From Gemmatimonadota bacterium (GTDB lineage Bacteria > Gemmatimonadota > Gemmatimonadetes > Gemmatimonadales > Gemmatimonadaceae), in the NCBI GenBank assembly GCA_003136975.1, contig PLEG01000388.1:507-52379 (forward strand): 51,873 nt of DNA, read 5' to 3'. Positions 1-8,171 of the stretch are shown here, one piece after another. The notes below the pieces were generated by a model that made no database searches, was not told the origin of the DNA, and saw nothing but the letters and a program-made list of their open reading frames with translations. Within the stretch, counting starts at the first letter, position 1. Every line of letters begins with the position of its first letter. The position numbers and the translations under genes are program-made.

Positions 1-357
1 CAGAAGTGCTTCCTTGGCATTGCCCCGGAAGATTTAGAGTACAACTTCGAAGGGGAAACCGTACCGTGCGCGCTAATCGTGAATACCGAAGGCGACGGCA
101 TCCAGGCGTGCTTTGACGCTCAATCAGAGCATTGGGGGGAATACACGGGTGCACCTATGTTTCTCGCGGAGTTTAAGCCGGGAGAGCGGCGCAAGGTTGC
201 ACAGGTAGTTGCGGCCTACACGGATACGCTCGACATACTGCACGGCGTGAGCGCACTTCTCAAAGTACTGCCGGGCGCTGACTACACGCCACGTACGGAG
301 CGCGACGACCGGACGATGCGCGCCGGACTGCGAGATTTCACTGAGGAGTACGGATGA
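1..357 (+). CDS. 5'-partial CDS (C-terminal ~118 codons of an upstream gene), hypothetical
   Basis: Frame 1 is open from nt 1 to TGA 355-357, and the stop overlaps the next ATG (ATGA). Alternative internal starts are GTG 79 and ATG 157. No motif recognised. From recall, the gene before protein B in PRTRC cassettes is the ParB-family member, but that is order-based inference only. Confidence 0.3.
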   Translation, partial: QKCFLGIAPEDLEYNFEGETVPCALIVNTEGDGIQACFDAQSEHWGEYTGAPMFLAEFKPGERRKVAQVVAAYTDTLDILHGVSALLKVLPGADYTPRTERDDRTMRAGLRDFTEEYG

Positions 358-1067
358 TTCATACCGATCTTGGACAACAGCGTCAATACAAACTGCAGAA
401 CGTCGTTTGCCTTTACGGGGATGGATCACAAGCGTTTGCCACGCTACATGAGGTTGACCACCCGTTCAACGGCCAGGGACAGCCAAAGCTCCGCCCAGCA
501 CAGGCGTTGACTACTGCATTTCTTCACGGCCTGCAGGATCAGCTCGGGGTGCGACAGTCGGTCGAGATATTCACCGAGCAAGTACTCGCACGGACACCGG
601 AAATGGTTGCTTGGTACGTTCCAGCCGCACACCGGGCGATGTTCTTCAAGACTGGCGGGACTCCACTCGACGCGTACAGCGGTAAGCGATTCCCACATCC
701 CGGCCTGGTGTTCAAGCTCGCGAACAACATTCTCTCCGTACGAGCTGTGGCGACGAACGTTCGCCCAAGTGCTGCTACGAAGCTCTTTGCAGCCCCGTAC
801 TACAACATCTACGCGAATGGCTCAGTCTGCACAGGATCAATGCGGACCCCAGACCGCTCAACTGTGGATGTGTTGGACGCGTGGGTGGCAGGCTTCTTTG
901 CGAGCGCATTCAGCCATGTGGCCGGCGTCGTGAAGGTCACGACCGTGAAGGGCGGATACCCTGCACTCGTCAAGCTGATCGCCGGAAGCAAGTTTGCCTT
1001 TCCTGTGCGAACTCTGGTTGATGTGCGGCAGTCGTTAACGGAATTCCTACGCGATGGTGACTTATGA
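354..1067 (+). CDS. Prokaryotic E2-like (UBC-fold) protein, PRTRC system protein B-like
   Basis: 237 aa. PYYNIYANGSVC (Cys159, nt 828-830) mirrors the E2 HPN-x5-G-x-I-C active-site signature. It sits directly upstream of a ThiF/E1 gene as in PRTRC cassettes. GAGGAG RBS is present and the start overlaps the upstream stop. Family assigned from recall. Confidence 0.6.
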   Translation: MIHTDLGQQRQYKLQNVVCLYGDGSQAFATLHEVDHPFNGQGQPKLRPAQALTTAFLHGLQDQLGVRQSVEIFTEQVLARTPEMVAWYVPAAHRAMFFKTGGTPLDAYSGKRFPHPGLVFKLANNILSVRAVATNVRPSAATKLFAAPYYNIYANGSVCTGSMRTPDRSTVDVLDAWVAGFFASAFSHVAGVVKVTTVKGGYPALVKLIAGSKFAFPVRTLVDVRQSLTEFLRDGDL

Positions 1068-1068
1068 T

Positions 1069-1080
1069 CCGCGGGTGCAT
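1069..1080 (+). repeat. 12-mer start-proximal motif copy (CCGCGGGTGCAT, 1 mismatch to GCGCNGGTGCAT)
   Basis: Intergenic, 37 nt upstream of ATG 1118. Confidence 0.7.
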
Positions 1081-1117
1081 GTCGAACTATCCCTTCCATA
1101 CTTGCACTTGATCTCCA

Positions 1118-1900
1118 ATGCCCAAGATCCCAAAGCCATCACCAGCGCTTGAACATCAACTCGCTCCGCATCTTCTCGAGAAATCGATCAGCGTACTGGT
1201 TGTTGGGTGCGGTGGAACAGGGACTGCGATCGCGTCGGGTCTCATCCATTTACACAAGAGCCTACTCGCATACGGTCACCCGCATGGACTTCAAGTAACG
1301 TTGGCAGATGGGGATACGATTTCTCCGACCAACGTAGTGCGCCAACCATTCAGCGAATCAGAGATTGGACTTTATAAGTCTGAAGTCCTTGCCTCTAGGT
1401 ACAATCTGTTTTGGGGCGTCGAGTGGGAAGCTGTAACACGGCATCTGTCGAAGGGCGACAATATCTCGGCCGACATTGTGATCGGATGCGTCGATACGCG
1501 GCGCAGCCGACGCCTGATTCAGCAAGCAACCTCGAAGCACAGCGACACCACGTATTGGCTCGACCTGGGCAACAACGCAGCATCCGGTCAGTTCGTTCTC
1601 GGCCAGCCCTTAAATGCCCGGACGAAGGATATGGCTTGCCGCCTGCCGACCGTCGCGGAGTTGTACCCGGAAACCGTGGATGCCAAGCGAGATAAGGGCG
1701 ATACTCTCCCCTCGTGTAGCTCGCTGGAGGCTTTAGAGCGTCAGGAGCCGTTCGTCAACCAGACGCTCGCATTCAGCGCCCTTGCACTACTCGCCCGATT
1801 GTTCAGGTACGGTCGGATTTCGTACCATGTTGCTCTGATTGACTTTGCTGCAGGAGCAACGGGATACCGCTCAATTCCGAGCACTCAGGAGGCTGCATGA
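1118..1900 (+). CDS. ThiF/MoeB/E1-like adenylyltransferase (PRTRC ThiF-family)
   Basis: 260 aa. It has the N-terminal nucleotide loop VLVVGCGGTGTAIASGL, followed by DGDTISPTNVVRQ and IGCVDTRRSR segments typical of ThiF/E1 enzymes. Confidence 0.85.
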   Translation: MPKIPKPSPALEHQLAPHLLEKSISVLVVGCGGTGTAIASGLIHLHKSLLAYGHPHGLQVTLADGDTISPTNVVRQPFSESEIGLYKSEVLASRYNLFWGVEWEAVTRHLSKGDNISADIVIGCVDTRRSRRLIQQATSKHSDTTYWLDLGNNAASGQFVLGQPLNARTKDMACRLPTVAELYPETVDAKRDKGDTLPSCSSLEALERQEPFVNQTLAFSALALLARLFRYGRISYHVALIDFAAGATGYRSIPSTQEAA

Positions 1901-2115
1901 ATCCGTTCTACACTTACGTTCGCGAGAGTGGTGAAACAGTGGATTTCACCAGGACGCACGATGGGGTTGCCGTCACGATTGATGGTGACGAGTCTCGTGT
2001 GATTCCGGTACGCCAAGATGCGAACGTCGAACGTCGCTCGATGGACGTTGCAATCGCGTACGAGGTCTCGGACCGGGAGTCCTACCAGAAGGTCATCGCA
2101 AGCAACGGGTATTGA
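1897..2115 (+). CDS. small hypothetical protein translationally coupled to the E1-like gene
   Basis: 72 aa. Its ATG overlaps the E1 stop (ATGA). Strand-rich composition, ends SNGY (no GG). No family recognised. Confidence 0.45.
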   Translation: MNPFYTYVRESGETVDFTRTHDGVAVTIDGDESRVIPVRQDANVERRSMDVAIAYEVSDRESYQKVIASNGY

Positions 2116-2178
2116 TCGCGCTGTAGTAAGAGGACCATTCTGGGGCCGTCTTTAATGTCGGCCGTTCGTGTTGAGTGC

Positions 2179-2190
2179 GCGCGGGTGCAT
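2179..2190 (+). repeat. 12-mer start-proximal motif copy (GCGCGGGTGCAT)
   Basis: Intergenic, 31 nt upstream of ATG 2222. Confidence 0.75.
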
Positions 2191-2221
2191 AGCAATACGA
2201 ACCCTTTCCCAGGAGGTTGGT

Positions 2222-2518
2222 ATGCGTTTGCTGTCCTCTCATGGCGTTGTGCTCGCTGCTGTAGCTGCTATTTGCGTCACGGCAGTTCATCCCGACTCTG
2301 ACGGGCCTGCTACGCCAGTCACTCACCAGGCGGGATCTCTGAATCTCCCGCTCGCGGCCCCGAGATATTCGCTCCCGATCTTCAACGATCGGGACTCGAC
2401 ACGACCCCCGACACCCAAGCGAATCAATCGGCCTCGCACGAGGGTAACGCCGGCGAGAGCGACCAGGATCCGGAGAGCTCCGGCCTATGGAGACCGGTCA
2501 GCACGCGCGTTCCAGTAA
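2222..2518 (+). CDS. small secreted/exported hypothetical protein
   Basis: AGGAGG at 2211-2216 precedes ATG 2222. N-terminal signal-like segment LLSSHGVVLAAVAAICVTAV, then a Pro/Arg-rich tail. The ORF-track start at 2168 lies upstream of the RBS. Confidence 0.45.
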   Translation: MRLLSSHGVVLAAVAAICVTAVHPDSDGPATPVTHQAGSLNLPLAAPRYSLPIFNDRDSTRPPTPKRINRPRTRVTPARATRIRRAPAYGDRSARAFQ

Positions 2519-2612
2519 TTGTCGCCAGGGGTTTCGAGGTGGCGCGGGCTCATATCCCACGCGCCGCCTCGAGCGTGCTTCTCAGAACGTCCCTCAAGGG
2601 AGAGTCCGAGCA

Positions 2613-2936
2613 ATGCCAATCAATCCGTTCATTTCGGTGACAGTTCTGGTCTTTATTCCGTTGCTCGCTCTTGCGACATGCGGGAGCGTGGTGGTGTGCA
2701 TGAAGGCCGTCGCTGGTCGTGTATGGGATTCGGCTGCATTCGCGGGATTCTGCTCGGCATTTCTCCTTTCCCTCACCTTTGCTACCGCGGTCCAATGCAA
2801 GGTCGCCTACGAGGAGCAAGCGCCGCACATAGCTCCGATATCGGAGACGAGTGCCGCCAGTCTCGCCAAACGACCGATGATCATTGCGTTCGCGATCTGC
2901 AACGAACAGGGATTTAGCTGTCGTTCTGGAGAGTAA
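2613..2936 (+). CDS. small integral membrane protein, hypothetical
   Basis: From ATG 2613 there are hydrophobic helices ISVTVLVFIPLLALATCGSVVVC and AAFAGFCSAFLLSLTFATAV. The start is uncertain (ORF opens at 2487). Confidence 0.4.
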   Translation: MPINPFISVTVLVFIPLLALATCGSVVVCMKAVAGRVWDSAAFAGFCSAFLLSLTFATAVQCKVAYEEQAPHIAPISETSAASLAKRPMIIAFAICNEQGFSCRSGE

Positions 2937-3039
2937 TGAGCAACCGTAGCAAAAACGGGCAGGGCGGTCGGTGATTGTGGAGACTTCCATTGCACCAATG
3001 GTACGCCAATGCCCGAACAAATAGACATTCGGCACCCTC

Positions 3040-3051
3040 GCGCGGGTGCAT
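3040..3051 (+). repeat. 12-mer start-proximal motif copy (GCGCGGGTGCAT)
   Basis: Intergenic, 60 nt upstream of ATG 3112. Confidence 0.75.
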
Positions 3052-3111
3052 TACCACGCATCACTGATTGCCGAACGTCGGCATGACTCACTCTGTTTGA
3101 GGGCTTCACCA

Positions 3112-4347
3112 ATGGCTACCGCAACCGCTTCCGCGTCGTCAACCGTTACACTCACCAAGTCGGCGCTGCTCGCTGGCCTTTCGCGCGTTGCTGGCGCGAT
3201 TGTCAGCAAGACTACACTTCCTGTGCTGACCAACGTTCTTCTCGCTCCAGGCGAGAACGGTATGCTTCGCCTCGTCGCAAGTGATCTTGACGTAACCGTG
3301 CAGACGGTCGTCAACGCGTCGATCTCCGGCGACGGGAAGGGCGTTACTCTCCCAGGCAAGAAGTTCTCCGAGTTCGTAAAAGAGTGCGCCGACGCACCGA
3401 TAACGATCATGGTTCAGGGTGACACGCGCGCGACGGTCAAGGCTGGCGCTGCACGGATGAAGTTGACCGGCATTGCCGCCGATGAATTTCCGGACGTTGC
3501 TGGACAGATCGCTGAGGCTGTTGACCTGTTCACGATTCCGGCTGGTACGCTCATGGCGCTCGCCAAGCTAGTTGCGTCATGCGTCAGTACAGAGGAGAGC
3601 CGCCCGATTCTGAACGGTGTTCTGTTCGAGATTGGCAAGGCGGAAGGCTCGGGTGCCGACGCCAAGCGCACCGTTCGTATGGTCGCGACAAATGGGCATC
3701 GTCTGGGCGTCTCGGAAACAACGCTCACCGGGGATCAGGCTGGTGCGGTTAACCCTGATGCGGTTGAGCTGATTCTGACCTCTAAGGTTCTCGGTTTGGT
3801 GGCGGCTGTGTTCACGGGTGACGAGTCCGTGGCCATCGCAACCACGCCGGACAAGCATGCGATCGTTATCAAGGGCGCTACCACAACGCTCTCCGCTCGG
3901 ATCATCGAAGGACCGTATCCGAACTACCGTCAGGTATTGCCGGAAGGCTTCTCGGTCGTTGTCGTGGCTGACCGCCCGGCCATCATGCAGACAGTCAAGC
4001 GGGTGAACGTCATCGCTTCGGATCAGACGCACCGCGTGGCCTTCCGTGTCGCTGGCGCCAACGCAGAGGCAAGCGTTTGCATCAGTGCGGAAACTCCGGA
4101 TATGGGCGAGGCCGAGGATTCAACACCGATTCGTATCGAGTCGGGTGCCGTCGAGGGCGAGGATGGGTTTCGCATCGGATTCAACGCCGCTTACCTGCTG
4201 GACCTGCTCAAACTCACGCCGGGCGAGGAGGTTCGTATCTCGCTCCTTTCTCCCGAGCGAGCGACACGAATCGAGCCGGTCTACGGTGCGGAGAAGCCGG
4301 ACGTCACGAGCTTCCACGTTCTGATGCCATTGCGTCTGATGGATTAG
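3112..4347 (+). CDS. dnaN: DNA polymerase III beta subunit (sliding clamp)
   Basis: ~411 aa from ATG 3112. Hallmark beta-clamp segments are present: KTTLPVLTNVLL, SRPILNGVLF, VATNGHRL, IEGPYPNYRQVLP and C-terminal VLMPLRL. Confidence 0.85.
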   Translation: MATATASASSTVTLTKSALLAGLSRVAGAIVSKTTLPVLTNVLLAPGENGMLRLVASDLDVTVQTVVNASISGDGKGVTLPGKKFSEFVKECADAPITIMVQGDTRATVKAGAARMKLTGIAADEFPDVAGQIAEAVDLFTIPAGTLMALAKLVASCVSTEESRPILNGVLFEIGKAEGSGADAKRTVRMVATNGHRLGVSETTLTGDQAGAVNPDAVELILTSKVLGLVAAVFTGDESVAIATTPDKHAIVIKGATTTLSARIIEGPYPNYRQVLPEGFSVVVVADRPAIMQTVKRVNVIASDQTHRVAFRVAGANAEASVCISAETPDMGEAEDSTPIRIESGAVEGEDGFRIGFNAAYLLDLLKLTPGEEVRISLLSPERATRIEPVYGAEKPDVTSFHVLMPLRLMD

Positions 4348-4368
4348 TCAGAGTCGCGTAGGATGATA

Positions 4369-4410
4369 GAGAGCACGTTGCCGGCGTTATTGCGCGGGTG
4401 GCGTGCTCTC
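4369..4410 (+). terminator. hairpin downstream of dnaN (GAGAGCACG / CGTGCTCTC, 24-nt loop)
   Basis: Perfect 9-bp inverted repeat at 4369-4377 and 4402-4410. No T-tract follows. It is immediately followed by a 12-mer motif copy. Confidence 0.3.
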
Positions 4411-4422
4411 GCGTTGGTGCAT
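4411..4422 (+). repeat. 12-mer start-proximal motif copy (GCGTTGGTGCAT, 1 mismatch)
   Basis: Intergenic, 80 nt upstream of ATG 4503, directly after the hairpin at 4369-4410. Confidence 0.6.
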
Positions 4423-4502
4423 TTCACAGTATCACCGAATCGTAGAGACGATCTAATGCGCAGCTCATTTTTGATTGCACGGACCCGCAACGTGTTTGTG
4501 AT

Positions 4503-5333
4503 ATGCCTCGCTTTGTAGCTGGCGACCTCTGGAGCGCGTGGCCGTCGACTGGATTGCTCCTCGTCACGACGAATTCCATTGTTCGTCCTTCTGGCGCGCT
4601 AATCATGGGCGCCGGCGTTGCGCGCGACGCGCGCGATCGGTTCCCCGGCTTGGACGTGGCGCTCGGTAAGGCGATACGGCAACAGGGCTGCGTCGGCGGT
4701 CACTACGGCATCATGGTAAGTCCCAAGTGGCCCGAGAGGCGCATCGGTGCTTTCCAGACGAAGATCCGGCCGGGAGATAAATCGAGTCTCGAACTAATTC
4801 AGTTCGCATCGGATGCCCTGGCAGCGTGGTGTCTGGATCATCCCGCGATTCGTGTCGATCTTCCTTTCCCAGGCATTGGGTACGGTCATCTTAGACCCGA
4901 TGATGTACGCCCGATTCTCGATGCTACACTTCCGGATACCGTGAATGTATGGGCGCGGGAGGTTGATCTGCTCGATGGGGCGAGCTCGGTAGATAACTCA
5001 CAATGGCGGTTCTTCCGCTGGCGCGACATCGCCGCTGCAAAAGAGTGGGCTGATGCCGGGAACGTGGCGGTCCACGACACAGGGCGACCGTACCGTCGTT
5101 GGACGAATACAGCACACCTCATGGCGAAAGACGATGCCACGCTTCGCGCCGCAGCTCGTCGGATCGGCGTTCAACTTCGCTGGATACAGACTGATTCTCG
5201 ACGAACCCACTACGACATTTTCGGCGGACCGCTCGATCGCGCTCTCTCATTGGTGGACAATCGCAACGAGGAAGTGTGGCGCAAGCGATCGGCGCAGTCC
5301 GCGGGTGCATCGGAACTCACGGTAAAGGAGTGA
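4503..5333 (+). CDS. Macro-domain (ADP-ribose binding/hydrolase)-like N-terminus fused to a DUF4031-like C-terminus
   Basis: 276 aa. The N-terminus GDLW..LLLVTTNS..GALIMGAGVARDARDRFPGL resembles phage-type macro domains. The C-terminus AHLMAKDDATLRAAARRIGVQLRWIQ..THYDIFGGPLDRAL matches the DUF4031 H-L-x-AD...HYD pattern. Confidence 0.6.
   Translation: MPRFVAGDLWSAWPSTGLLLVTTNSIVRPSGALIMGAGVARDARDRFPGLDVALGKAIRQQGCVGGHYGIMVSPKWPERRIGAFQTKIRPGDKSSLELIQFASDALAAWCLDHPAIRVDLPFPGIGYGHLRPDDVRPILDATLPDTVNVWAREVDLLDGASSVDNSQWRFFRWRDIAAAKEWADAGNVAVHDTGRPYRRWTNTAHLMAKDDATLRAAARRIGVQLRWIQTDSRRTHYDIFGGPLDRALSLVDNRNEEVWRKRSAQSAGASELTVKE
5299..5310 (+). repeat. 12-mer start-proximal motif copy (CCGCGGGTGCAT, 1 mismatch)
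   Basis: Lies in the last codons of CDS 4503-5333, 27 nt upstream of ATG 5338. Confidence 0.7.
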
Positions 5334-5337
5334 TCCG

Positions 5338-6264
5338 ATGAAGAACACTATGCGTCCAAAGGGCCAGTCTGCTCAACTCACCTTGCTCACACCACAGTAT
5401 GACGAGATCGTGCTGACCGATGATGTGCGGAAGGCGTACGGTAGCTATTTCACGCCTGGTTACGTCGCCAGTGCGCTCTACGAACGCACGTTCCCTGATC
5501 TTGGAGAGCGCGATTGTGTCCTGGATCCCACTGCTGGCCTGGGGCATCTACTCGGGGCAGTGCCAAAGCAGGTTGGCGCAATTGGTGTTGAGATTCAGCC
5601 GGAGCTCGCAGCGCGTGCGCGCCAGGCAACCGGGAGACCGGTTGTCACTGGCGATATTCGCACCTACGATATCGAGCGCGCATGTGACGAACTGTGCGAT
5701 GGTCGACGAGTCACTGCTTGCTTCGCGAACCCGCCGTTCTCGATCGGGATTATTGAGGCGATTCTTGAGCGCGCTTACCACCTTTTGCCACAGGGCGGGC
5801 GCTTCGCCAGCATCCTGCCTGTTCATTTCTTCCATATCGCCTCGCGCACAGTACGGCACAACCGCCAATGGAGTATCGCTTGCGAGCTGCTACCGCGAGA
5901 TGTGTTTCCGCGACTGGCGCAATCAATTTGCTGGGCGGTGTTCGAGCGGGATACAAAGCGCGTTTTGGGCGGGTTTGCACTGTATGAAGACATCGCCGCT
6001 GCGCGGGCGCTCGCTGATCGTTACCGGCGCACGTTGCGGGATGTTGCAGTCGAGCCTTGGCGTGTGGTTGTCCTCGACGCGCTTCGCGACCTCGGCGGCC
6101 AGGCGCATCTCTCCGACGTGTACCGAGTGGTCGAATCCAAGCGATCGAACGCTGGACGGTTCTATCGTGAGAAGGTGCGTCAGCAACTCCAGCGGTACGC
6201 GGTCCGGATCGGGAAGGGAGAATATCGTTTGCCCGATCAACCCAATGCAGCATACGCTGCCTAA
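5338..6264 (+). CDS. N6-adenine DNA methyltransferase (gamma-type motif order), orphan
   Basis: 308 aa. It has GSYFTP, the AdoMet motif VLDPTAGLGHLL and the catalytic motif FANPPFS. AAGGAG RBS. No cognate nuclease is adjacent. Confidence 0.8.
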   Translation: MKNTMRPKGQSAQLTLLTPQYDEIVLTDDVRKAYGSYFTPGYVASALYERTFPDLGERDCVLDPTAGLGHLLGAVPKQVGAIGVEIQPELAARARQATGRPVVTGDIRTYDIERACDELCDGRRVTACFANPPFSIGIIEAILERAYHLLPQGGRFASILPVHFFHIASRTVRHNRQWSIACELLPRDVFPRLAQSICWAVFERDTKRVLGGFALYEDIAAARALADRYRRTLRDVAVEPWRVVVLDALRDLGGQAHLSDVYRVVESKRSNAGRFYREKVRQQLQRYAVRIGKGEYRLPDQPNAAYAA

Positions 6265-6280
6265 CTCAACGAGATGATCT

Positions 6281-6580
6281 ATGCGCGGTCCTAAAATTCC
6301 CGATTCAGTTCCCGGCGCTACAAACGGTCCACGAGTTGTGCATTGCAAGCACGAATCATACGACGTTTACGTTGGTCGCCCATCGCCGTACGGTAATCCA
6401 TTTGTGCTGGGGAAGGACAGCAACAGGGACGAGGTAATCGAGAAGTATCGGTCCTGGTTGCTCGGCCAACCGGAGCTTGTTGCGAGGGCAAAGATCGAGT
6501 TGCGCGGCAAGGTGCTCGCATGCTGGTGTGCTCCTAAGTCGTGTCACGCTGATGTCCTCATGGAGATCGCGAATGCGTAA
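6281..6580 (+). CDS. DUF4326-family protein
   Basis: 99 aa. VYVGRPSPYGNPF .. RDEVIEKYRSWL .. LRGKVLACWCAPKSCHADVL matches the recalled DUF4326 signature. Confidence 0.65.
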   Translation: MRGPKIPDSVPGATNGPRVVHCKHESYDVYVGRPSPYGNPFVLGKDSNRDEVIEKYRSWLLGQPELVARAKIELRGKVLACWCAPKSCHADVLMEIANA

Positions 6581-6802
6581 GCCGCCAGGGGGGCGTCGTG
6601 CTGCGACAGTACGCTGCGAGGGTTGCGGCGCCCGGAAACGTCGGCGCCGGCGCTGCCTGTTCTGCTCCTTGCTACTCTGCGATCGCTGCCTTCACCGACA
6701 ATCCGAGCACTGCCATGGGTGTGTTACCGCCCAGCAGGCCGTTGCCAAGGTCCTACCTAGTCGGTAGAGCTTCCGGACGGCTGGCCGTGGGTGCAGCCTC
6801 TC

Positions 6803-6847
6803 TTGACACGTCGTCGCAAATGAGACATCTTTAGAATAATCTCATTT
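6803..6847 (+). promoter_or_regulatory. candidate promoter/operator of the Xre-RES operon
   Basis: TTGACA at 6803-6808 and TAGAAT at 6832-6837, with non-canonical 23-nt spacing. A perfect 8-bp inverted repeat AAATGAGA/TCTCATTT (6818-6825 / 6840-6847) brackets the -10-like box. GGGGGA RBS precedes ATG 6868. Confidence 0.35.
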
Positions 6848-6867
6848 GATACAAAAAGGGGGATTCT

Positions 6868-7323
6868 ATGGCTACAATGACACTTCCCGAGTTCACGCCT
6901 CAGATTCTGCGGGCGCCGGACGGACGATTGGTCGCGGCCGGAATACGGGGCTTCATCAACATCGCCAAAGCGTGGAAGCTAAACGCGGGCGACGTGGCCA
7001 AGCTGCTCGGAGTATCGCGAGCTACTTACTACCGCCTACAGCAGACCGCCGTGAAGGAACGCGAGGCAGCCGCGAGCGGCAAGCCAGAGATCCGCGCACA
7101 GCTTGCAGACCCTGCACTACAGGAACGTCTGTCGCTACTCGTAGGGATATACGGTGATCTCCAGAGCTACTACGCGAAGAATCGCGACTTCGGAGAACTC
7201 TGGGTGACACTCCCGAACAGCAACCGTGTATTTGGCGGCCATGCACCGATCGAGCTAATGTTGAGTGGGAGTGTCGTTGCGCTGTGGACAGTGCGGCGAT
7301 TTACCCAAAACATGCTCGGCTAG
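6868..7323 (+). CDS. Xre-type antitoxin with DUF2384 (MbcA/ParS-like) toxin-binding domain
   Basis: 151 aa. HTH segment AGDVAKLLGVSRATYYRLQQ, then C-terminal ERLSLLVGIYGDL..WVTLPN..FGGHAPIELMLSG typical of DUF2384. Directly followed by a RES gene. Confidence 0.75.
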   Translation: MATMTLPEFTPQILRAPDGRLVAAGIRGFINIAKAWKLNAGDVAKLLGVSRATYYRLQQTAVKEREAAASGKPEIRAQLADPALQERLSLLVGIYGDLQSYYAKNRDFGELWVTLPNSNRVFGGHAPIELMLSGSVVALWTVRRFTQNMLG

Positions 7324-7361
7324 CACGCTGGCATTCTTCCTGATTGCTGTCGGGTGCTTCT

Positions 7362-7373
7362 GCGCTGGTGCAT
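7362..7373 (+). repeat. 12-mer start-proximal motif copy (GCGCTGGTGCAT)
   Basis: 27 nt upstream of ATG 7401. Confidence 0.7.
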
Positions 7374-7400
7374 CCGGGAGAACACTACAACCACTCCCGT

Positions 7401-8120
7401 ATGCGCTCCTCAGACCCGGCTCGTGACTCATCTCCAGGCATACCAACCTCGTTGCTTTACTGGCCCGAGGCTGTTCGGATAGTCTCCGCTTTGCTGCCAC
7501 CGATTATGGAGTTCGAACGCGTTGCGGATCCCGATGATATGGTTGCCTTTGCGGAACTCGCAGCGCTTTCTAGCGCGGGTGGTGTTTCACCGTTCGGCAA
7601 TCTGAGCCTGGTCCCGAATGAGATGTGGATGCTTGGTGAGGGTGCCCGGTTTGCCATGCCTACTTTCACGTTTCCATCTGATGAAGGTTCACGTTTTGCT
7701 CCTCCTGGCGCGTACGGTGTGTTCTACGCGAGTCACGATCGCGAGACGGCGATCGCCGAATCTTCATACCACTTTCTTCGCCGGCAGAAAGAGTACACAA
7801 TGCAGGTTAAGGTCGAAGCCGACATGCGCGTTTTGGTGGCGAATATAGAAGCGACAGTCACAGACCTTCGTGGCCGTCGTGCGACGTTTCCGGCACTGTA
7901 CGATCTGCGCGACTATGAGTCAGCGCAAGCACTTGGCGTGAAGACTCGTGCAACTGGTGGGAGCGGAATCGCATACGACAGTGTGCGCCGTGCCGCTGGT
8001 GAATGCGTTGCTGTTTTTCATCCCGTGTGCATCCGTTCCTGCATCGACGTGGGGACGATCACCTACGAGTGGGACGGACGTCACTTGAATGTGACCTCGC
8101 CGCCGACTAGCGGACGCTGA
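7401..8120 (+). CDS. RES-domain toxin (NAD+-consuming, MbcT/ParT family)
   Basis: N-terminal AVRIVSALLPPIMEFERVADPDD, then GSRFAPPGAYGVFYASHDRETAIAES (R, E) and IAYDSVRRAAGECVAVFHP (S). The start could also be TTG 7344. ATG 7401 was chosen because the conserved N-terminal block lies downstream of it and the 12-mer upstream. Confidence 0.8.
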   Translation: MRSSDPARDSSPGIPTSLLYWPEAVRIVSALLPPIMEFERVADPDDMVAFAELAALSSAGGVSPFGNLSLVPNEMWMLGEGARFAMPTFTFPSDEGSRFAPPGAYGVFYASHDRETAIAESSYHFLRRQKEYTMQVKVEADMRVLVANIEATVTDLRGRRATFPALYDLRDYESAQALGVKTRATGGSGIAYDSVRRAAGECVAVFHPVCIRSCIDVGTITYEWDGRHLNVTSPPTSGR

Positions 8121-8171
8121 GCCGGTCTCGCGCGGGCGCACCTCAGACAATCACCAATTGTCGGGGGTTCC

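Noticed and set aside
3031-3051. Interpreting the 12-mer as a sigma-54 -12 element (TGCAT) with an upstream GG
   Set aside because: The GG-N10-GC spacing is not satisfied in the copies I checked (2179-2190 and 3040-3051).
6477-6834. ORFs 6477-6767 and 6598-6834 in the DUF4326 / Xre spacer
   Set aside because: They have Arg/Cys/Ala-rich composition, overlap a real gene's 3' end, and have no RBS. The region is better explained as the promoter/operator spacer of the TA operon.
7362-7373. Reading the GCGCTGGTGCAT variants as Chi-like sites (E. coli Chi is GCTGGTGG; here GCTGGTGC)
   Set aside because: The variable fifth base (G/T/A) breaks the Chi-like core in most copies. Strict placement just upstream of start codons is not expected for Chi. 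It is kept only as a remote alternative.
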